DNA from: Candidatus Thalassarchaeaceae archaeon
GTDB taxonomy: Archaea > Thermoplasmatota > Poseidoniia > Poseidoniales > Thalassarchaeaceae
Assembly: GCA_029940695.1 (NCBI GenBank)
Contig: JAPYUP010000005.1
Coordinates: forward strand, 1,120 to 65,119
Length of the DNA: 64,000 nt
Direction of reading: 5' to 3'
Below are positions 58,404 to 64,000 of the stretch, piece after piece. The first letter of the stretch is position 1. Each line of letters begins with the position of its first letter. The position numbers and the translations under genes were made by a program. The notes under the pieces are model-generated. The model saw only the letters and a program-made list of their open reading frames with translations. It was not told the DNA's origin and made no database searches.

Positions 58404-59312
58404 CTACATTGACGAAAGTCGGCGTATGAGAGTCACCCAGTCGAGAGCCTCTAGGTTCTCAGGTCTCATGTTTAACCAGCCGCTGGGTAGTCCCTCGATC
58501 TCGGTGTCTTGCATAGCCGCTATAGCTGCACCCCAGCGCTCCTTGTGCCAACCGCTCACGCGGGAAAGCCTGAGGGGGGACTCGGAGAGCAGGGTCCTGA
58601 GCTTTCTCCTACGATAGGCGAAGCAGTGCTTGGTAGTGATCCTGAACAATGCCTTGTCTAACTCCTCCACCTCTGGGCGGATTACAGGTCGGAGAGTCAC
58701 GAGCCTTGAGTGTACGCGTGGTGAGGGGATGAACGAGCTCGGAGCAAGTCTCCTGTCCAAATTGATCTCGAAATCGAGCCACAGGTTCAGGCCTAGGGGC
58801 CCCATGTCATAGGGCGCTGTGGACATTGCCATCCTAGCAGCGAACTCGTCCTGTACGAGCAGTATCACCAGTTCTAGGGAATTCTTGGCATGGTGCACTC
58901 GAATTCTCTCTAGCACAGGGCTGGAGATCTGGTAGGGGAGATTCGATATCACGTGCGTAATTTCTGTGGGCCAAGCGGCAGAAACCGCGTCCACCTCACG
59001 AACTTCAATCTCACATTCGGTACGACCGAATACCCGTTGAAGGTGAGAGACTGACTCGGGGTCAATTTCTAGGGCGGTGACGCGGGCACTGGATCGCAGT
59101 AGCGCGAGAGTGAGCGATCCTGGTCCCGGCCCAATCTCGAGAACGTGGGAGTTCTCGTTCAATGGGCAATCAGATTCCATTGCAAGTTCGATGGTTCGCT
59201 CGATGGCATCGTCGTCGATGAGAAAGTGCTGACCGAGCGACTTCCGCGGGCGGGACCGATCACGAAGAAGGTCCACCAACAGGCGGGTGTCGAGGTCATC
59301 CAATGTCTGCAC
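58404..59312 (-). CDS. rsmA: 16S rRNA dimethyladenosine transferase
   Basis: KSLGQHFL, VLEIGPGPG, SNLPYQISS, F.PSPRVHS, RRRKL. Confidence 0.95.
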   Translation of the reverse strand: MQTLDDLDTRLLVDLLRDRSRPRKSLGQHFLIDDDAIERTIELAMESDCPLNENSHVLEIGPGPGSLTLALLRSSARVTALEIDPESVSHLQRVFGRTECEIEVREVDAVSAAWPTEITHVISNLPYQISSPVLERIRVHHAKNSLELVILLVQDEFAARMAMSTAPYDMGPLGLNLWLDFEINLDRRLAPSSFIPSPRVHSRLVTLRPVIRPEVEELDKALFRITTKHCFAYRRRKLRTLLSESPLRLSRVSGWHKERWGAAIAAMQDTEIEGLPSGWLNMRPENLEALDWVTLIRRLSSM

Positions 59313-59315
59313 GTG

Positions 59316-59897
59316 TCACAGCTCTGAGCGTACCAGCAAATCAAGTAAGCGGGGAGTCTGAGCGACATCCTGCATCTCCTTGAGATATCGCTCAGCGAGT
59401 AGTCTAACGGAGTCGATTCCGCAGGCCTCGTCTATTTCCTCGAACGAGCTCCATCCAGCCAACCCCCTGGCTTGTACCATCTGGATGGCCTTCGAGTTGC
59501 CTATTCCAGGAAGCAGTTGGAAGGAATGGAACTTCAGCGATAGGTTGTTGGCGCGATTGTAGAAACCTAGGTGACGGTCTGAGTCGGCTTTGACGGACGC
59601 GCTCAACGCACCGACAATCTCCTGCTGCGCGGAGCCGCTCAAATCCTTTAGGCGGACCTCGGAGAGCGGGCCCAGGTGGTCCGACGGCAGGGTGATTGCC
59701 TTCCCAATCTCCATGCCTTTGACGTCAGTCACTCTAGACCTGACGATGTGAAGCGAGGGTTCGGTGATACATTGAATCTCATGTCCCATGGGCCTCCTCT
59801 CCTGAATACCCAAGACACGGAGATTCGTCTCGTCGTCGAAGGGGCCCTTCGGCTCCTCGTCGGCTTCTTGCCCATCTGTCGGCTGCATGACCCTCAT
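59316..59897 (-). CDS. DUF655 family putative RNA-binding protein
   Basis: GFYNRA...HSFQLLPGIG...SFEEI; conserved rpl21e-rpo4-DUF655-ksgA synteny. Confidence 0.85.
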   Translation of the reverse strand: MRVMQPTDGQEADEEPKGPFDDETNLRVLGIQERRPMGHEIQCITEPSLHIVRSRVTDVKGMEIGKAITLPSDHLGPLSEVRLKDLSGSAQQEIVGALSASVKADSDRHLGFYNRANNLSLKFHSFQLLPGIGNSKAIQMVQARGLAGWSSFEEIDEACGIDSVRLLAERYLKEMQDVAQTPRLLDLLVRSEL

Positions 59898-59959
59898 GTC
59901 CTTCAGACAAGTTCCCCCTCATGAAATGAGTTGTTAGGTATTTGCTCAGAAAATCAGCG

Positions 59960-60331
59960 TCAGAGGACATGCTGGCGAATAATCGTGATGACTTCCTCGA
60001 TTTCGGTGGTGTCCATTGCTATCCTCTTGCTGGCGATGATGACCCTCATATCAGCCACTATCAGCGGTGAGAGTTCTGCAATTTTCGAGCAAATGTCAGG
60101 ATGCTGATTTAGCTTCTCGTTCTCCATCAGTGCGTCAAAGAGGTTGTTGAAGACCTTGGGGTCGGTCTTGAGGTCCCCGGTCGGATGCCCTGCGGCACTT
60201 GCCTTCCACTCTGCATGTTGGAGCGCCATGGTCTGTTCGTAGGAGATGTCGCCCCTGCGTACCCTCGCATCCATCAATAAATCCCGGACGGATGCGTAGT
60301 CGATGAATTCCCTATCTGCCCTATCTGCCAT
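59960..60331 (-). CDS. rpo4: RNA polymerase subunit Rpo4 (RpoF)
   Basis: SYEQTMALQHA, KIAELSP..DMR.I; synteny. Confidence 0.85.
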   Translation of the reverse strand: MADRADREFIDYASVRDLLMDARVRRGDISYEQTMALQHAEWKASAAGHPTGDLKTDPKVFNNLFDALMENEKLNQHPDICSKIAELSPLIVADMRVIIASKRIAMDTTEIEEVITIIRQHVL

Positions 60332-60339
60332 AGTTTCAC

Positions 60340-60633
60340 CTATTCTATTGGTTTCAGGTGCTCTGGTCTGGCGACGACGGTCTTCTCCATGTTGCCGTCT
60401 GAGACCTTGATGACGTAAGCTCTCCCCTGGGTTCCGGTGATGATACCTGTACGACCTTGGAAACGTCGGTGTGGCATACCCTTGTGCTGGGCACCGTCAA
60501 GCACAATTGCAACCTTGTCACCATCTTCGTAAGCGTGCATGACGCGGCCTATGAAGAGCCTCCTGCGGTCCCTCTTACCCTTTCGCAGAATACTGCGAGT
60601 ACCCTGACGTAATCCTTTAGTTCGAGTGACCAT
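60340..60633 (-). CDS. rpl21e: 50S ribosomal protein L21e
   Basis: GDKVAI...HKGMPHRRFQGRTG...RPEHLK. Confidence 0.96.
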   Translation of the reverse strand: MVTRTKGLRQGTRSILRKGKRDRRRLFIGRVMHAYEDGDKVAIVLDGAQHKGMPHRRFQGRTGIITGTQGRAYVIKVSDGNMEKTVVARPEHLKPIE

Positions 60634-60709
60634 GTTCTCATCGGTCCTTTACTTGCGAAACCGGGCGACCTGTCGGGCGTTCTTAAGGACTCGGATGCCT
60701 GCACGGCCC

Positions 60710-62143
60710 TCAGTCATCAGCGTGTATCTCCTCGACGTCGAGCCATAGAACCTCGCACTCGCGGTCGATTGCACTTTGCACGGAGGGCACCGTGCGCCCT
60801 TCGTCGGAGTGCACGAGCTCCTTAACGTACGTCCCCGCTTCACAACGGGCGGAGAACTGGACCTCGTCTCCTTCAACCAGAATGCTGCCAACGGAGATGA
60901 CTTTTCGCCTCCTAGTCTTGGCTGCTCTCCTGTGGGAGACGCGTTTCGGAGTCTCTTGGTCGATAACGACTCCGGAGAGGCTGGAGATTGCGCTGGTGAC
61001 CGTTTCCTCGTCAGCGAGGTCATCGGCCCTGAAACGAATTGTGTATGTCTTCTCAGACCTAGACTCTTTCACCTTGCGGACCTTAGAGCGGTCGCACCAA
61101 CTCAAACCATCGACCTCGACCTTGCCTGAAGAATTCTCGTTGACTCTGGCGACTAAGTCATCTAGGGAGTGGTCTCGCTTGGACGGTCGCTTGACTTCGA
61201 GAACGAATGGTCGTCCAGAACCCAAGCACCTAACGTCGATGTCCTCCCGACCCATTCCATGGAATGACGTGTCGTCAGCATCGAGAGCCTCTTTGATAGG
61301 TTCGCCGATGAGGTCCTGAACCGAGTCGGGGTACTGCAGCCCCGTCCCACCACAAGACTCGCAGCCCTCCGCCCTTCCTCTGCAGGCTCTACACGGCCAA
61401 CGGGTCTGCGGAAGGTCGCGTACCAACTTCCTGTACCTCCCATAGAGGAAGAGGGGTCTGACGTCTACGTCTATTCGGAGCGTCAGCCCATCGACGAGGA
61501 CCATGATGTCAGGCTTCTCTTTGACGAAGTCCACTCGATTGTTGACAGATCTGATTCGATGGTGAATCGCCTCTACGAGCGCGCTTTTCAGAGGATAAGA
61601 TCCGGGGGCTCCGTACTTGCTGCGAATCCTGTCTTCCTCTTGAATGAGGTCCTTGGGCAGGTGGATGCCGAACTGGATGGTCGAGTAATCTGTGCCAGAC
61701 AGGGACTCGGAAACCCGCTCCACGATATTTCCGATGTCCTCGAAAAGGTTCTCGCAAAGCGGGCAGAAGTCCTGAGTCACCTTGGATGGCAACTCCTTGT
61801 CGCGCACGTAGGCCTCTCCCCTGAGTACTGCGCCTGCCTCAGCTCCACGCTCGTCGCTCCTGCGTCCGCCGATACGATGCAGGCAGAAATCGCAGACTCC
61901 GATCTTGATTAGGTGAGCGATGCCAAGAGGGGCCGGGCATGGTGGCGCATCCCAGTTGACCGTGTTACCCTCGAAGTCGGAGTCATCGCCGTCGAACCAG
62001 ACATCGTCAGGCTGCTTGTCCTCAATTTCCTCCGTTTCATCAAGTATGAAACCTGTCGAGGCGTATCCCGCGGATGCGTAAAGCTGCCACTCGTCTTCCT
62101 CGTCGAGCTCGGGCTCGACAGCCTTCGGTTCGTCCTCATCCAT
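60710..62143 (-). CDS. pus10: tRNA pseudouridine(54/55) synthase Pus10
   Basis: GRYRKL.R.LPQTRW, GREDIDVRCLG.GRPF, Q.TP.RV.HRRA, GTYVKEL..SD.GRT.PS; start trimmed to MDED. Confidence 0.94.
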   Translation of the reverse strand: MDEDEPKAVEPELDEEDEWQLYASAGYASTGFILDETEEIEDKQPDDVWFDGDDSDFEGNTVNWDAPPCPAPLGIAHLIKIGVCDFCLHRIGGRRSDERGAEAGAVLRGEAYVRDKELPSKVTQDFCPLCENLFEDIGNIVERVSESLSGTDYSTIQFGIHLPKDLIQEEDRIRSKYGAPGSYPLKSALVEAIHHRIRSVNNRVDFVKEKPDIMVLVDGLTLRIDVDVRPLFLYGRYRKLVRDLPQTRWPCRACRGRAEGCESCGGTGLQYPDSVQDLIGEPIKEALDADDTSFHGMGREDIDVRCLGSGRPFVLEVKRPSKRDHSLDDLVARVNENSSGKVEVDGLSWCDRSKVRKVKESRSEKTYTIRFRADDLADEETVTSAISSLSGVVIDQETPKRVSHRRAAKTRRRKVISVGSILVEGDEVQFSARCEAGTYVKELVHSDEGRTVPSVQSAIDRECEVLWLDVEEIHADD

Positions 62144-62237
62144 TCCATCGCCACCGCAACAACGGGGGGTACCCACTGCCTCGATAGCTGGGGGACCGGC
62201 ACACTGCCTTTGACACCTTCGGCAGGGTCGCTCGGAG

Positions 62238-62560
62238 TCAGACGGGGGTGCCGAACTCCTCGGCGACCTTGCGTAGGTGACTGAATGAATGGATGCCCAT
62301 AGAGCACCCAGTTGGCCACTCGAACTGGATGCCGTAGCGGCCCACGGGCTGGACTCTGGGCTTCTCCATCCGGAGTCGGGCGACCTCCTCTTCAAGCTCC
62401 AGGCGACGTTGTTCGTTCTCCTGACGGGGTTTGCAGTTAGCGCACTGGCAGTGCGAGCGGATCAAGAGGTAACTGACTCGGAAAGCAGATCCATCGGCGA
62501 ACCTCAGAACACAGTCCTCGTTTCCTCGCTCAAGGTCGGTCAGCGAGTCTCTCCCCCCAT
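62238..62560 (-). CDS. DUF971 (gamma-butyrobetaine hydroxylase-like N-terminal) metal-binding protein; start ambiguous
   Basis: RSHCQCANC and PVGRYGIQFEW..GCSMGIHSF..L match DUF971. No plausible in-frame ATG; CTG at 62543 or an out-of-frame ATG at 62560. Confidence 0.7.
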
Positions 62561-62624
62561 GCCTAGGCTTGCGTCTCAAGTGGTTATAACTGTGGTTTTC
62601 TTGGTTCACAAGCGAGAGAGGGCG

Positions 62625-63083
62625 ATGGCAGACGCGTACGCTCACTTGGTTGGGACGGAGTTCCCTGAGTTCTCGCTGAACAATGACGAAGATAGGACTG
62701 TCGACAGAGACTCGATCCTCGGTAGTTGGACTGTGATATTCTTCTACCCCAAGGACGGCTCTCCGGGATGCACTGTGGAGTCGTGTGGCTTCCGTGACAA
62801 CTACAATCACTTTGAGCGGGCCGGGGTGACCGTCTACGGTGTTTCCTCTGACACCATCGAATCGCACCGTGACTTTCGCTCCAAGCACGGCCTTCAGTAC
62901 AACCTGCTGAGCGATTGTGGTGGGGCCCTAGTCAAGGCTCTGGGGCTGAAGAAGAGTCTGGGCTTCCTCCGAACCCGTGTTACCTTCGTAATCGATGGAA
63001 AAGGCATAGTGCGGAGCACCTACACAAGCCAAATCAACATGAAGGGGCACGTAACCGAGGCTCTCAGGGCAATCGAATCCTAG
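62625..63083 (+). CDS. bcp: Peroxiredoxin, BCP/PrxQ family
   Basis: FFYPKDGSPGCTVESCGFRD, GVSSD, RVTFVID..G; start trimmed to MADA. Confidence 0.93.
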   Translation: MADAYAHLVGTEFPEFSLNNDEDRTVDRDSILGSWTVIFFYPKDGSPGCTVESCGFRDNYNHFERAGVTVYGVSSDTIESHRDFRSKHGLQYNLLSDCGGALVKALGLKKSLGFLRTRVTFVIDGKGIVRSTYTSQINMKGHVTEALRAIES

Positions 63084-63214
63084 GGTTCGGACTCACGAGG
63101 GTCCAAACCGAATCAGAGGGGCCTCAGTGGGTAGGGAATACACTGCCTAGCAGTCAGCTAGGGCTCTCACAAAACAGAGGAAATGTGAAGAAGAATATCC
63201 ATAATAAGGAAGGT

Positions 63215-64000
63215 ATGGGAAAGAGTGTCCTCCTAATATCGATTCTCTTATTTTCACTGCTACTGCCATTTGGTATTATCTCCCCCACTGAGGCACAGGA
63301 AACTTCTGACTCGCCGGTTGAACCCATTTGTAATGCCAATCGAAATGCCACATGGACAGTTGGGCTCATCTATTGCGATAATCGTGTGAATGAGGATTAC
63401 ACACTCTTCGCTCCGATGACATCCGAGAGCACATACCTCATTGACGCACATGGGCGAATGGTTCACTCGTGGACATCTCCTAGTGGACTGCCCCCCGGTA
63501 TGGCGGTCTACATGCTCGAGGATGGAGATCTGCTGCGAACGACCGACCTTGGTACCAATTTTGATCCTGATGGCAACGGGGTTTCTGGTAAGATTGAGCG
63601 CCTGTCTTGGGACAGCCAAATGGAATGGGAATGGTATTTCCCCGGAGATACCAAGCGTAGCCATCACGATATCGAGCCGTTACCCAATGGGAATTTCCTG
63701 ATGATCGCATGGGAGTTCAAAAACGAATCAGAATCCTACCAAGCAGGACGCGATCCCAACAAGATGGCTCATCACACCAAGCATTCGTCAGAGCTCTGGC
63801 CCGACCACATCGTAGAGGTTCAACCCGTCGGAACCGACCAAGCCAATATCGTCTGGGAGTGGCACATCTGGGATCATCTGATACAGGATTATAATTCCAC
63901 CAAGGACAACTATGGCGTGGTCGCAGATCATCCCGAACTTCTCGACATCAACTTCGCGGATGCTCCGGGCCCGAACAAGTACAAGACCGATTGGATGCAT
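63215..64000 (+). CDS. Secreted aryl-sulfate sulfotransferase (ASST)-family protein; runs off the window end
   Basis: Not in the ORF track. Manual translation: signal peptide MGKSVLLISILLF, then YTLFAP, YLID..G..VHSW, HHDIEPLPNGN.L, IVWEWH.WDHLIQD, DWMH. Confidence 0.85.
   Translation, partial: MGKSVLLISILLFSLLLPFGIISPTEAQETSDSPVEPICNANRNATWTVGLIYCDNRVNEDYTLFAPMTSESTYLIDAHGRMVHSWTSPSGLPPGMAVYMLEDGDLLRTTDLGTNFDPDGNGVSGKIERLSWDSQMEWEWYFPGDTKRSHHDIEPLPNGNFLMIAWEFKNESESYQAGRDPNKMAHHTKHSSELWPDHIVEVQPVGTDQANIVWEWHIWDHLIQDYNSTKDNYGVVADHPELLDINFADAPGPNKYKTDWMH

Noticed and set aside
59898..59959. Possible C/D-box sRNA between rpo4 and DUF655 (several CTGA boxes)
   Set aside because: No convincing RUGAUGA C box or guide complementarity could be established by eye.
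62143..62888. ORF-track N-terminal extensions of Pus10 (to 62395), Bcp (from 62289) and DUF971 (to 62888)
   Set aside because: They overlap each other and lack homologous motifs; shorter starts give a non-overlapping layout.

Overview
This is a 64-kb, gene-dense archaeal chromosome segment with no mobile elements or CRISPR. Gene content points to a Marine Group II / Poseidoniales-like member of the Thermoplasmatota (inference): aIF1A-Rio1-Dim2, L15e, L21e, Rpo4, Pus10, an intron-containing tRNA-Tyr, PGF-CTERM surface proteins and many secreted peptidases. In order it contains: (1) a leucine-catabolism methylcrotonyl-CoA carboxylase/hydratase cluster; (2) the aIF1A-Rio1-KH operon; (3) a complete complex I-like operon (nuoABCDHIJ1J2KLMN) lacking NuoEFG, with large lineage-specific insertions; (4) a ~14.5-kb block of five secreted or membrane-anchored proteins (Ig-repeat protein, S8 protease, FxLYD-like protein, a 1459-aa beta-repeat protein, PKD/Zn-ribbon protein); (5) rpl15e, a ParB/SerK-like gene, tRNA-Tyr, ftsZ and two tandem PGF-CTERM paralogs; (6) hisS, gtrA, nnr, an NSS transporter paired with an M14 carboxypeptidase, mscS, gpmA, uppS, pmm, tRNA-Thr and pgk; (7) Fe-S-related small genes, an unknown Zn-ribbon protein, the pus10-rpl21e-rpo4-DUF655-ksgA cluster, bcp and a partial arylsulfotransferase. 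The most intriguing signals are an SH3/Tudor-like insertion in NuoI of the headless complex I, a eukaryote-like acidic aIF1A tail whose DEDDIDS motif recurs at the Rio1 N-terminus, the uncharacterised surface cluster, and an unknown multidomain nucleic-acid-binding candidate. All calls are from motif recognition by eye; no searches were run.
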